Shown: one piece after another, positions 55,805 to 64,000 of the stretch | How positions within the stretch are numbered: position 1 is the stretch's first letter | Layout: each line of letters starts with the position of its first letter | Source of the DNA: Candidatus Yonathbacteria bacterium | GTDB taxonomy: Bacteria; Patescibacteriota; Minisyncoccia; Phycocordibacterales; UBA1550 | Assembly: GCA_016215205.1 (NCBI GenBank) | Contig: JACRKU010000024.1 | Span: 4,321-68,320, forward strand | Length of the DNA stretch: 64,000 nt | Direction: 5' to 3' | Notes under the pieces: generated by a model | What the model was told of the DNA's origin: nothing | Databases searched by the model: none | The model's input: the letters and a program-made list of their open reading frames with translations, nothing else | Position numbers and translations under genes: made by a program

Positions 55805-57710
55805 CTCCTCTTAAAATAGCCGTAAGCACATCTTCGGGGACCTCTTTGAGTTTTGTAGGAGTCTCGCGGTCTCGTTCGCGTAGTGGTTGTTGTTTTGGAG
55901 TCACGGGGAGGACTTTTGGCTCCGCCGCCGATTCTTTCTTTTCCCACGCCTGCCATCGCCTATCTGCTCCGCTTGTGTTCGATGAAGCAGTGGCGGGCAG
56001 GGCCTCTAAAACACCTGCCAAAGCAGCTTTGAGGCCGCTCAAACCCGCTGTGGTAGGACCTTTGCTTTTGGTTGGTAAAATTACGCCTCTGGCCGCCGGT
56101 CGAGCTTGTGTGAGCGTTGAGAAGCTAGCGCTCTCTGGAACAGGTTTCGGCTGCTGTTTTTGCTCTGGTTTCGGGAAAGTTTTGAACGCCTGCGCAAATG
56201 GCTTTTCCAATTTTTCTGGTTTTGCGGCTTGCCCGCTTGAGTTTTTCTCCTTGCCCGCCTCAATTTCTGTGAAATTTTGGCGTGGAGAAAAATTCTGGCG
56301 GGGTCGTTCAAACATCGCATTGCTGTCACGGCGTACAACGGGAGGGCGCGGCGAAATGTCGGCGCGCGGTGCGGGATATTCGCGGGCAGACTCGCGCGGA
56401 GGAATTTCAGCTCCACTTCCATACCACTCGGCTATGTTTTTTTCCACTTCCGCGCGTGGATGCCCATACAAAGCGCGTGATGACGCTATCACTTCTTCAC
56501 GAAGCGATTTTTTAGGCGGAGCGATAGGCCCAAGAGTCACTGATGAAAAAGGATGAGAAGCAACTCCGTCAATCATAAGTTTCAGATAGATCTGCGTGAA
56601 GCCGAGGCTCACCATGTCCTCTGCGGTAAATACCGGCGCATATTCTTTTTCCAAAACCTCGGCGTCGGGTGCGCCGACACGGAACATTATTTGCGTACCT
56701 ACGTTGCCAAAAACCGCGTCCGCAACTTTTTCATCCATCTGCTTAATGTACTGATGCGCCACCACGAGGGCGAGTTTGTACTTGCGCGCTTCTGACAAAA
56801 TATCGGCAAAGGATTCGTTTGCGAACGACTGGAACTCGTCCACATACATATAAAAATTGGGGAGTTTTTTGAGCTCGCCTTCGTTCAAATCCGCGCGCGA
56901 CATAGCTGCGAGATAGATTTTTGTAATGATCATTCCGCCCAAAAGATTTGCGTTGCCTTCACCGAGCTGACCTTTGGAAAGATTCACGATGAGAATCTTT
57001 CGCTCGTCCATCATTTTGCGCAAGTCAAAACTCGAATGCGGCTGGCCGATGATATTTCGAATGAGCGGGTTTGAAGTAAATTGTCCAAGCTTATTTTGAA
57101 TGGCGGGGGTCGCGTCTTTTGCATACTGCTCGCTGTACTTTGCAAACTCGTCAGTCCAATACGTTTTTACCGATGGATCCTTTATGTTATCGACGACTTT
57201 TTTTCGGTACACTTTATCGGTGAGCATTCGATTCACGCCAAGGAGCGTCGACTCCGGGTATTCAAGAAGAGCCAGGAGCGTGTTCATAAGAATATACTCC
57301 ATGCGCGCCGACCATGTCTCGGGTCCCCAAATCTTTTTGAATGCGCTCATAAGTCCATTGGCTACGAGATGCCTCTTGTCGGGTCCCACATCTTCCATCA
57401 CATTAAAAGAAATCGGATTGTCCATATCAAACGGCGCGAAATACACAACGTCTTTCACTCGCTCGTGCGGAATGTAATCGAGGATCATCGCCGCTGACTT
57501 TCCGTGCGGGTCAAGAAACGCAAACCCCTCGCCATTTCTGATATCCTGCACCACCATATTTTCAATGAGCGTGGACTTTCCCATGCCGGTCTTGCCGATG
57601 ATGTACATGTGGCGCGTGCGATCCTCGGCCTTGATGCCAAAAGGTACGCGCTTGTTCCGACGGTCTGTCTCCGCAAAGTATGTAATGCGATTTTTATCGT
57701 AGAGATACAT
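55797..57710 (-). CDS. FtsK/HerA-superfamily ATPase, type IV coupling-protein (TraD/VirD4)-like, with long low-complexity C-terminal tail
   Basis: ATG start (MYLYDKNRITYF...; the track start is GTG at 57728). Walker A IIGKTGMGKST, Walker B LYMYVDEFQSF; C-terminal tail of about 200 aa rich in P/Q/K/A. Confidence 0.7.
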   Translation of the reverse strand: MYLYDKNRITYFAETDRRNKRVPFGIKAEDRTRHMYIIGKTGMGKSTLIENMVVQDIRNGEGFAFLDPHGKSAAMILDYIPHERVKDVVYFAPFDMDNPISFNVMEDVGPDKRHLVANGLMSAFKKIWGPETWSARMEYILMNTLLALLEYPESTLLGVNRMLTDKVYRKKVVDNIKDPSVKTYWTDEFAKYSEQYAKDATPAIQNKLGQFTSNPLIRNIIGQPHSSFDLRKMMDERKILIVNLSKGQLGEGNANLLGGMIITKIYLAAMSRADLNEGELKKLPNFYMYVDEFQSFANESFADILSEARKYKLALVVAHQYIKQMDEKVADAVFGNVGTQIMFRVGAPDAEVLEKEYAPVFTAEDMVSLGFTQIYLKLMIDGVASHPFSSVTLGPIAPPKKSLREEVIASSRALYGHPRAEVEKNIAEWYGSGAEIPPRESAREYPAPRADISPRPPVVRRDSNAMFERPRQNFSPRQNFTEIEAGKEKNSSGQAAKPEKLEKPFAQAFKTFPKPEQKQQPKPVPESASFSTLTQARPAARGVILPTKSKGPTTAGLSGLKAALAGVLEALPATASSNTSGADRRWQAWEKKESAAEPKVLPVTPKQQPLRERDRETPTKLKEVPEDVLTAILRGDE

Positions 57711-57720
57711 GGGGGAGTTG

Positions 57721-57765
57721 ATAGCCACTAGTCAATAGCCAATAGTGAATAGCAGATACGATAAA
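57721..57765 (-). repeat. 7-nt periodic CTATTNN array abutting the start codon of the T4CP-like gene
   Basis: Minus strand reads CTATTCA CTATTGG CTATTGA CTAGTGG CTATCAA CTCCCCC ATG. Confidence 0.5.
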
Positions 57766-57790
57766 GTATATCACCAATCATAAACAAAAT

Positions 57791-57835
57791 AAAAACACAG
57801 GTGCGATTGGCTACGCCAATCGCACCTGTGTTTTT
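57791..57835. terminator. Bidirectional intrinsic terminator
   Basis: aaaaacacaggtgcgattggc-tac-gccaatcgcacctgtgttttt, 18-bp perfect stem. Confidence 0.75.
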
Positions 57836-59075
57836 ACTCCGCCAAGAGCGCCGCCGGCGTATATACATTCTTTGGGTCCCACAAGAGCCACGAAGTGAGG
57901 CCGGAATCGTATGTCGCTTGTATCTGGGCGCGCACTTTCGCGGCATCATAGTCTCCTCCGTAATCAAAATCCTGAAGCCATGGGCGGAGTTTGTTTCGGT
58001 CGTAAACATCTTTTGTATAAACAGCTGGCGTTGACGTGCCGATGCGTTCGCCGCCAAAGTGTAACACAGGTGTCGTGGAAGCCATGGCGCGAACAGCCGC
58101 GCGACTCATTGAAAAATTTACGACATCATACACGTGGTCATTTGGGTTCTTCCATCCGTTGAAAAGAGGAGGGTAATGCGACGGGTACACCATGGGCGAA
58201 ACATAATCAAAATACGGAAGCGCGCGCTCGAGCACTTGCCCGATGTTCAAATCGTCATTGTTTGTCGCTGTCATCCCAAACAAATCAGCGGAAATTTTTG
58301 CGCCGGTATCTTTGAAAGAATCATGAAGGTACGCGAAAAAATGTTCAAGCGCCTCGGCTTTGCTCATTCCCTTGCTCAATGAGAAATCGATATCTTTCAT
58401 ATCCCCGTCCGACGGAAACCGTATGTAATCAAAGTTGAGTTCATCAAAACCCATCGCGTACGATTCTTTGCCGAGAGCCGCGACGTATTCCCAATACGGC
58501 TTCGCGCCCACATCCACAAAACTCAAACCTTTTCTGTCCCTCCAAACACTGCCATCGCTTTTTTTGTGCACAGCAAGTTCGGGATGAACTTTCGTGTAAT
58601 ATGGGTCTTGAAAAACAGTGATGCGCGCAATCGCGTAAATTCCTTTCTTATGAAGCTCCGCGATAAACTCTCGCAAGTCTTTGGTGCGACAGCCCTTCCC
58701 TTCGTTATTTTTCAAAAGAGAATCTTTGGGGGTAAATGCAATCGTGCCACTGAAGTCTTTCACATCAATGATAATACTGTTGATTTCGGTTGTGTCGGCA
58801 ATATTCACGAGTTTGTTGCGAAATGACGGCATGGTCGCAACGCATGCTGTCATATAAATCGCCTTAAGGGGCTCTGGGGTTTGCATATGAGTAACAATAA
58901 TTTGCGGCTCCAAAAAAGTCTCCCTTGCCTCAACTGCCGGCGAAGTGGTAGATGCCATCATATTGTCAGGGCGATATGCCACTGAAGAAAATGCTGGGAT
59001 AAAAAAATAAAAAAGAGAGAACGCGGCTGTAAAAACAGCGCCCGCTACAAAGAGATGCTTGTGGTTGAGATTCAT
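57834..59075 (-). CDS. Secreted or membrane-anchored glycoside-hydrolase-like TIM-barrel protein (DUF4015/GHL-type)
   Basis: 413 aa; N-terminal TM/signal; FDELNFDYIRFPSDGD and GWKNPNDH blocks reminiscent of putative glycosyl-hydrolase-like families found in exopolysaccharide loci. Tentative. Confidence 0.45.
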   Translation of the reverse strand: MNLNHKHLFVAGAVFTAAFSLFYFFIPAFSSVAYRPDNMMASTTSPAVEARETFLEPQIIVTHMQTPEPLKAIYMTACVATMPSFRNKLVNIADTTEINSIIIDVKDFSGTIAFTPKDSLLKNNEGKGCRTKDLREFIAELHKKGIYAIARITVFQDPYYTKVHPELAVHKKSDGSVWRDRKGLSFVDVGAKPYWEYVAALGKESYAMGFDELNFDYIRFPSDGDMKDIDFSLSKGMSKAEALEHFFAYLHDSFKDTGAKISADLFGMTATNNDDLNIGQVLERALPYFDYVSPMVYPSHYPPLFNGWKNPNDHVYDVVNFSMSRAAVRAMASTTPVLHFGGERIGTSTPAVYTKDVYDRNKLRPWLQDFDYGGDYDAAKVRAQIQATYDSGLTSWLLWDPKNVYTPAALLAE

Positions 59076-59338
59076 TATATATTTTGCGGAGGAGCGGCAG
59101 AACTTCCTTCCGAGAGAGCGTCAGTTTTGGGAAGCGCTTGCTCGGCATCTAAAATGAGCTTTTTACAATTACTGCAATATACAACCGACGAAAGATAGGC
59201 AAGGACAGCAATGCCTATTCCGCTTAAAACTAGAATTGTCGTGCGCGCCCATGCCGGGAAACCGCCGATGGCCACGACAACAATGAGAACGCTAAGAAAT
59301 ATTATTACGGTGTGTTTGGTCATAGGGACAGTATACAT
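59075..59338 (-). CDS. Small membrane protein, hypothetical
   Basis: 87 aa, two TM helices and a CSNC motif. A second in-frame ATG (MTKHTVIIF) is 5 codons downstream and may be the real start. Confidence 0.45.
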   Translation of the reverse strand: MYTVPMTKHTVIIFLSVLIVVVAIGGFPAWARTTILVLSGIGIAVLAYLSSVVYCSNCKKLILDAEQALPKTDALSEGSSAAPPQNI

Positions 59339-59366
59339 AGAAAATAGAAAATAGAAAATAGAATCT
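59338..59366 (-). repeat. Tandem heptamer array (CTATTTT x3) directly abutting the start codon
   Basis: Plus strand: catag aaaatag aaaatag aaaatag aat. The minus strand reads CTATTTT CTATTTT CTATTTT CTATG (the ATG is the ORF start). A mirrored AGAANNN array lies on the other side of the adjacent terminator hairpin (59421-59452). Confidence 0.55.
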
Positions 59367-59379
59367 GGGATAAACTCAG

Positions 59380-59420
59380 CAAAAACGGGCAGTGCGACCT
59401 ACGGTCGCACTGCCCGTTTT
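59380..59420. terminator. Bidirectional intrinsic terminator flanked by inverted heptamer arrays
   Basis: aaaaacgggcagtgcgacc-tac-ggtcgcactgcccgttttt, 17-bp perfect stem. Confidence 0.75.
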
Positions 59421-59441
59421 TGCTATTCTACTTTCTATTTT

Positions 59442-60128
59442 CTAACTTCTACCTCTCACAATTACTACAAATTCCCCGCGAACATGGTCGGGGTTTTGAG
59501 TAAAATAAGCTCGGACTTCTCCGACTGTTCCACGCGAAAATTCCTCATAAATTTTGGTTAGTTCACGAGCGACAATTACTCCCCTCTCCGCCTCGCAAAA
59601 TTTTTCGAGTGACTCAAGCGCTTTCAGAATTCGATGCGGTGATTCGTAAAAAACCATAACGCGCGCGGAGTTGGCAATTTCTTTAAACAAAGTTTCTCTT
59701 CCTTTTTTATGCGGCAAAAAACCGAGAAATGTAAACTCTGCGACTGAAATGCCCGCGCTCGAGAGTGCCGTCACCAGAGCCGATGGTCCAGGAATAGGGA
59801 CGATAGCGACTTGGTCGCCAAATCTCTCACGCACCTGAGAAACAATCAGCACGCCGGGGTCAGAAATACACGGCGTCCCCGCGTCAGATACGAGCGCGAG
59901 ATTCTTCCCTTCTTCAAGGAGCGTCAAAATTTTATCCACTTTTGAGAGTTTTGACTGAGCATGATAACTCAAGGTCGGCGTATCAATTTCATATTTTGAA
60001 AGCAAGCGTTTTGTCACACGCGTGTCTTCACACAAAATCATATCGACTTCCTTGAGCACGCGAAGCGCACGCAAGGTAATATCCTCGAGGTTGCCTATTG
60101 GTGTACCGACAATAAAAAAATTTGCCAT
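59442..60128 (-). CDS. rsmI: 16S rRNA (cytidine1402-2'-O)-methyltransferase
   Basis: 228 aa; FIVGTPIGNLEDITLRA, LCEDTR, VSDAGTPCISDPG blocks of RsmI (tetrapyrrole-methylase fold). Confidence 0.85.
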   Translation of the reverse strand: MANFFIVGTPIGNLEDITLRALRVLKEVDMILCEDTRVTKRLLSKYEIDTPTLSYHAQSKLSKVDKILTLLEEGKNLALVSDAGTPCISDPGVLIVSQVRERFGDQVAIVPIPGPSALVTALSSAGISVAEFTFLGFLPHKKGRETLFKEIANSARVMVFYESPHRILKALESLEKFCEAERGVIVARELTKIYEEFSRGTVGEVRAYFTQNPDHVRGEFVVIVRGRS

Positions 60129-60131
60129 GAA

Positions 60132-61430
60132 TTACCTAATGAGTGACTCCCCTATTTTAAAAACATCGCCCGCTCCCATGGTGATTATAATATCATCTTT
60201 TTGGATGGTCGTGCGGATATATTTTTCAACAGCGGAAAATTCACCTAGGACGCGCACATTCTTGTGATGCGCTTTGATAGCTTGCGCAAGTTTTTCCGCG
60301 GTAATTTCCGGGTCAGGCTTCTCGCGCGCGGCATAAATTGGCACAATAATTACCTCGTCAGCGTCAGTAAAACTTTCCGCAAATTCATTAAGTAAAAGCT
60401 TTGTGCGTGAGTAGAGATGCGGTTGAAATATAGCGCGAATTTTACCAGTTGGATATTTTGCACGGAACCCCTGGAGAGTTGCTCTTATTTCTGTCGGATG
60501 GTGCGCATAGTCGTCGTACACAAATGCTCCGTTTTCTGTCTTGCCTTTGAGTTCCTGCCTACGCCATGTACCTTCAAATTTCGCGAGAAGCTTCGTCGCC
60601 TCCACTTCATCGACCGCAAGAATACGCGCGACCGCAAGCGCCGCTTTGGCGTTTTTAATATTATACTCCCCCGAAACCTGAAGCACCAACTTGGACGTCG
60701 GGTTTCCAAGTTGATAGTCGACAATTTTTGCGACGGCTTTTGTAAGCACGGGCGCCACACGCGGGTCACTGGGGTCGCACACGATTGCACCGCCCACGGG
60801 GACTTTTTGAACAAGCTCTCCAAACGCCTTTTGCACTCCTTCTAATGTCCCGTAATAATCGAGGTGATCATTGTCGATATTCGTGATTACTAAAATTTCT
60901 GGAGAGAGATTCAAAAAAGAGTGTTTATACTCACAGGCTTCAACCACAAAAATATCACTTGTGCCTGAAATAAAATTCGAACCGGACTTCATGAGACTAC
61001 CCACAATGACAGTCGGGTTCTTGTGTGCGCCCGCAAGAACCCCCGCTATCATCGCAGTGGTCGTTGTCTTTCCGTGCGTTCCCGACACTGCAACTGTGCG
61101 CATTCCGCGCGAAATCATGCCGAGGGCTTCCGGATACGAAAGTATTTGCACTCCTCTCTCGCGCACAATACGAAGCTCCGGATTGTTTTCCGGTACTGCA
61201 GGCGAATATACCACGAGGTCGCACACCTCGGGCACATTCGCCGCATCATGACCAATGAAAACCTTTGCGCCTTCAGTTTCAAGTTTTTCTGTAATTGGCG
61301 AAGAGATGCGGTCTGAACCTGTCACAGAAACTCCGCGGATGAGCATCATGCGCGCTACTGCTGAAACACCGATGCCGCCGATGCCGATAAAATGTGCGGC
61401 ATGAATATCTTTTAAAAATTCTTCATTCAT
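60132..61430 (-). CDS. murC: UDP-N-acetylmuramate--L-alanine ligase
   Basis: 432 aa; HFIGIGGIGVSAVA N-terminal Rossmann, VSGTHGKTTTTAM P-loop, Mur-ligase C-terminal domain. Confidence 0.9.
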   Translation of the reverse strand: MNEEFLKDIHAAHFIGIGGIGVSAVARMMLIRGVSVTGSDRISSPITEKLETEGAKVFIGHDAANVPEVCDLVVYSPAVPENNPELRIVRERGVQILSYPEALGMISRGMRTVAVSGTHGKTTTTAMIAGVLAGAHKNPTVIVGSLMKSGSNFISGTSDIFVVEACEYKHSFLNLSPEILVITNIDNDHLDYYGTLEGVQKAFGELVQKVPVGGAIVCDPSDPRVAPVLTKAVAKIVDYQLGNPTSKLVLQVSGEYNIKNAKAALAVARILAVDEVEATKLLAKFEGTWRRQELKGKTENGAFVYDDYAHHPTEIRATLQGFRAKYPTGKIRAIFQPHLYSRTKLLLNEFAESFTDADEVIIVPIYAAREKPDPEITAEKLAQAIKAHHKNVRVLGEFSAVEKYIRTTIQKDDIIITMGAGDVFKIGESLIR

Positions 61431-62116
61431 GGGTTCAGGTTAGACAAGATTTCCTCCGCCCGTTTAATATCATGCGGATATGCAATGGGAATCCAAAAAT
61501 CGCTTTCAATAACCGGAATATGGTGGTCACGCACATATCGTTCAATCATGTCTGTGAGATAATACTCACCCATGTGCGTCTTGGAAACATCGTAATCAAA
61601 AATCTTTGGAGTAAGGACGTACACGCCGGTCGCGGCGAGGTTAGATTTTGGATTCGCTGGTTTCTCTTCAATATTTTTAATCGTACCATCCTCATTTACA
61701 ACAACGACACCAAAATCTCGCGGATCATCCACAAACGAAACGAGGATGGCTGTGTCGTGTTCAACACATTTCGCGACCGCCGTTTTGCCGTGTACGTCAT
61801 CGGCGTACATAAGGAGAAACCTTTTTTCTTCCAGAAGATGCGGGCGGCAAATTTTGAGCGCATGCGCGGTGCCGAGCGGTTCTTTTTGCTCAACATACGT
61901 TACCCGTTTCCCCATAAATTCATTACCAAGAAAAGCGCGCATCATCTCACTCTTATAGCCAACCACGACCACCACCTCGTCGATTATTTTCGGCAAAATT
62001 TCCCAGATATGCGCAATGAGCGGCTTACCGAGGACCCGAACAAGCGGCTTTGGTCTATCAAGGGTAAGCGGATGCAAACGCTTCCCTTCCCCTGCGGCAA
62101 AAATAACAGCTTTCAT
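61427..62116 (-). CDS. Sugar-1-phosphate nucleotidyltransferase (GlmU-N-terminal/RmlA-like, no acetyltransferase domain)
   Basis: 229 aa; MKAVIFAAGEGKRLHPLTLDRPKPLV nucleotide loop; ATGA overlap with murC. Confidence 0.7.
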   Translation of the reverse strand: MKAVIFAAGEGKRLHPLTLDRPKPLVRVLGKPLIAHIWEILPKIIDEVVVVVGYKSEMMRAFLGNEFMGKRVTYVEQKEPLGTAHALKICRPHLLEEKRFLLMYADDVHGKTAVAKCVEHDTAILVSFVDDPRDFGVVVVNEDGTIKNIEEKPANPKSNLAATGVYVLTPKIFDYDVSKTHMGEYYLTDMIERYVRDHHIPVIESDFWIPIAYPHDIKRAEEILSNLNP

Positions 62117-62152
62117 GTTGGTTGCAATGATATCAAAAAATTGATGTATCCG

Positions 62153-63550
62153 CTACGCGATATTTTTAACCAATCCCACAAACTGGTCCCCGCGGTCAAA
62201 TTCATTTTTAAATACGCCGAAACTCGCCGCGCCGGGAGAGAGCAGGACGGTATCTCCGCGGCGCGCGAGTACGCGCGCCGCGTCCAGTGCTCCTCTCATT
62301 GACGACACAATGTACACCGAGTACGAAGTTTTTTTCGGAATTAAAGAAAGAAGCTTCTCTGTTGCCGCGCCTTCAATAAGCACAAGGCCTTTTACCGTCT
62401 TGTGAACCAGTCGCGCCATATCGGTATAATCAAGATTTTTATCCGCACCGCCCGCAATCAAAACAATGTTCTTTTTCTTTTTTGAAGCCAACGCCTCAAG
62501 TGCGGCCTTGTTGCCATCTGGGGTTGTCGCTGTAGTGTCGTTATAGTACATCACGCCACCAACAATGCGTACAAGCTCAAGGCGACCGGGTACTCCAAGA
62601 AAACTTTCCACGCCTTTTTTTATTGCATCTTTCGGCACGTCGAGTTCTTGGCATACTAAAATAACGCATGCGATGTTCGCTCTGTTGTGTTCGCCGGGAA
62701 TTTTAATTTTCCACGCTTTTGGAACAATACTCTTCCGCGCAACAAGCATTTCACTTTTAACTTTTAACTTCGAATCAGCTGATTCTGAACCAGCAGGTTC
62801 ACGTCCCGGACGCAAGCTCGGCCATGAAAACTTTTTGACTACCCGTGTTACTTGCTCGCTAAGCACGAGCACATCATCTTCCTTTTGAAATTTAAAAATA
62901 TTCGCCTTATCGTCGAAATATTTACTCATATCTCCTTTGTAATAGTTCAGATGGTCTGGCAAAAAATTGGTAAACACTGAAATATGCGGGGAAAGTTTTG
63001 CATCACCAAAACCCTGCAACTGCCATGAGTCAAGCTCGAGAACAGCAATATCCCCTATTTTTGTTTTTTTGAGAAGCGGGAGTGTCGCCATTCCGCGCAC
63101 ATTGCCGCCAACAAAAACATGCTTCGGGTACACGCGCGCGAGAATGTGCAGAAGAAGATGGGTAACTGTGGACTTGCCCCTTGTCCCCGTCACCCCGACA
63201 ATAGTCGCTGGTGTGAACTTTACAAAGAGTGACGCGTCCATCTCCACAGGAATTTTGTTTTTCATTGCCTCGGCAATAAATGGCGAATCTATCGGCACGC
63301 CAGCCGCCTTGATGACCATGTCGCAACTTTTAAAATCCTCGAGCCTGTGTTCACCTAGCACATAGCGAATGTTTTTAAACTTTGTAAGTTGCTTGATTGA
63401 TGACGCAAGCGCCTCCGCAGATTTCAAATCGGTAATCGTAAGTTCCGCGCCGAGCTCTGCCAAAAATTTTGCCACATTGACCCCACGCCCCAGAAGCCCT
63501 AAGCCAAGCATCGTAATTTTCTTGCCCTTGAAGTAAGTTTTATAGTTCAT
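62153..63550 (-). CDS. murD: UDP-N-acetylmuramoylalanine--D-glutamate ligase
   Basis: Start placed at the ATG giving MNYKTYFKGKKITMLGLGLLGRG. VTGTRGKSTVT P-loop, Mur-ligase domains. In-frame ATGs also lie 3 and 7 codons upstream. Confidence 0.85.
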   Translation of the reverse strand: MNYKTYFKGKKITMLGLGLLGRGVNVAKFLAELGAELTITDLKSAEALASSIKQLTKFKNIRYVLGEHRLEDFKSCDMVIKAAGVPIDSPFIAEAMKNKIPVEMDASLFVKFTPATIVGVTGTRGKSTVTHLLLHILARVYPKHVFVGGNVRGMATLPLLKKTKIGDIAVLELDSWQLQGFGDAKLSPHISVFTNFLPDHLNYYKGDMSKYFDDKANIFKFQKEDDVLVLSEQVTRVVKKFSWPSLRPGREPAGSESADSKLKVKSEMLVARKSIVPKAWKIKIPGEHNRANIACVILVCQELDVPKDAIKKGVESFLGVPGRLELVRIVGGVMYYNDTTATTPDGNKAALEALASKKKKNIVLIAGGADKNLDYTDMARLVHKTVKGLVLIEGAATEKLLSLIPKKTSYSVYIVSSMRGALDAARVLARRGDTVLLSPGAASFGVFKNEFDRGDQFVGLVKNIA

Positions 63551-63678
63551 TTCACTCATAAAACCAATCATAGCAGAAGCCGGGAACCATTGCGAAATAT
63601 ACTGTTTTCTGATATATTCTAGCGAGCGAGAGCAGTAAAAAGCGTACGTTTTTTACTCTCGAGCAAGAAAAACAAAAA

Positions 63679-63752
63679 GCGCGTGTAGCTCAGGTGGTTA
63701 GAGCGCGTCACTGATAATGACGAGGTCCCAGGTTCGAGTCCTGGCATGCGCA
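63679..63752 (+). tRNA. tRNA-Ile (anticodon GAT)
   Basis: Folded by hand: acceptor GCGCGTG/CATGCGC (one G-U pair), D-arm GCTC-AGGTGGTTA-GAGC, anticodon arm CGTCA-CTGATAA-TGACG (anticodon GAT), T-arm CCAGG-TTCGAGT-CCTGG, discriminator A; no encoded CCA. Confidence 0.85.
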
Positions 63753-63852
63753 CTTTGAAAAGAAGATGTGAAAAAACTGCCTGGTGGAAGCCGGAGGTGG
63801 AAAAAGAAACACTGATGATGGCGCCAGAGTAACCCTAGCAATAAGCAAAAGA

Positions 63853-63886
63853 AAAGGCCGAACGCAAGTTCGGCCTTGTTTTTGTC
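63853..63886. terminator. Intrinsic terminator hairpin
   Basis: aaaaggccgaac-gcaa-gttcggcctt followed by gttttt. It probably terminates the tRNA transcript and/or the convergent edge gene. Confidence 0.6.
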
Positions 63887-64000
63887 GTCTTTTTTCAAAA
63901 ATCGACAATCACTTTTTCATACCGTCCTTTCATTGCCTCCTTGCACGGCATCGGACCGTGCGGCCCATATGCGCGGAGACACTTTCCAGTGTTAACACTT

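Noticed and set aside
59338-59452. AAAATAG and AGAANNN tandem arrays considered as a CRISPR-like or minisatellite array
   Set aside because: The units are only 7 nt with no spacers, there are three to four copies, and they abut a start codon and a terminator. This is not a CRISPR architecture; they were kept as regulatory repeats instead.

Overview
This 64-kb window probably comes from a small-genome bacterium. The gene content (split transketolase, MYG1, lamin-tail-domain surface protein, T4SS-coupling-like ATPase, TPR-tailed O-antigen-ligase-like protein) suggests a Patescibacteria/CPR-like lineage, but that is inference only. GC looks about 50% over most of the window. A markedly AT-rich core lies at about 28.6-52.6 kb; this is a visual estimate, not a computed value. 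Almost all genes are on the minus strand.

Layout:
(i) 0-15 kb: core metabolism. It encodes L25, class II FBA, a PfkB kinase, transketolase split into N and C subunits, Rpe, RpiB, GAPDH, GatB and Obg. Four type II toxin-antitoxin cassettes are interspersed (RelE/ParE-like, DinJ-YafQ, HicAB, and a HicB with a HicA remnant). Two of the toxins are broken by in-frame TGA codons.
(ii) 15-25 kb: a processive GT2 synthase with a membrane-anchored thioredoxin-like partner, a muramidase-like protein, SecA, a 538-bp gene-free structured stretch, MurB, a secreted metalloprotease-like protein, and a Wzy/O-antigen-ligase-like TPR protein.
(iii) 25.4-54.4 kb: a large surface-glycan biosynthesis island.
- GDP-fucose synthesis (gmd, NUDIX, fcl) with a GT11 fucosyltransferase.
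- A complete GDP-D-glycero-alpha-D-manno-heptose pathway (gmhB-gmhA-hddA-hddC) plus a second Gmd paralogue that looks like the heptose 4,6-dehydratase DmhA.
- At least five methyltransferases, several GT2/GT-A glycosyltransferases, and a Wzx flippase.
- An unusual six-gene module: GatZ/KbaZ-like protein, cupin, APH-fold kinase, nucleotidyltransferase, AroE-like dehydrogenase, KdsC-like phosphatase. This is my best candidate for an undescribed nucleotide-sugar/alditol pathway.
(iv) 54.4-64 kb: an LTD/PKD surface protein, a T4CP-like ATPase, and a glycoside-hydrolase-like protein. The T4CP-like gene and the small-membrane-protein/GH pair have 7-nt periodic CTATTNN arrays abutting their start codons; the LTD/PKD gene has a single CTATTTT copy. 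Then RsmI, MurC, a nucleotidyltransferase, MurD and tRNA-Ile(GAT).

CDS coordinates follow the ORF track. Where the track start is TTG/GTG and an in-frame ATG fits the conserved N-terminus, I moved the start to that ATG. Hairpin and repeat coordinates were derived by hand from the printed sequence and may be off by 1-2 nt. No database searches were run; every family assignment is from motif recognition.
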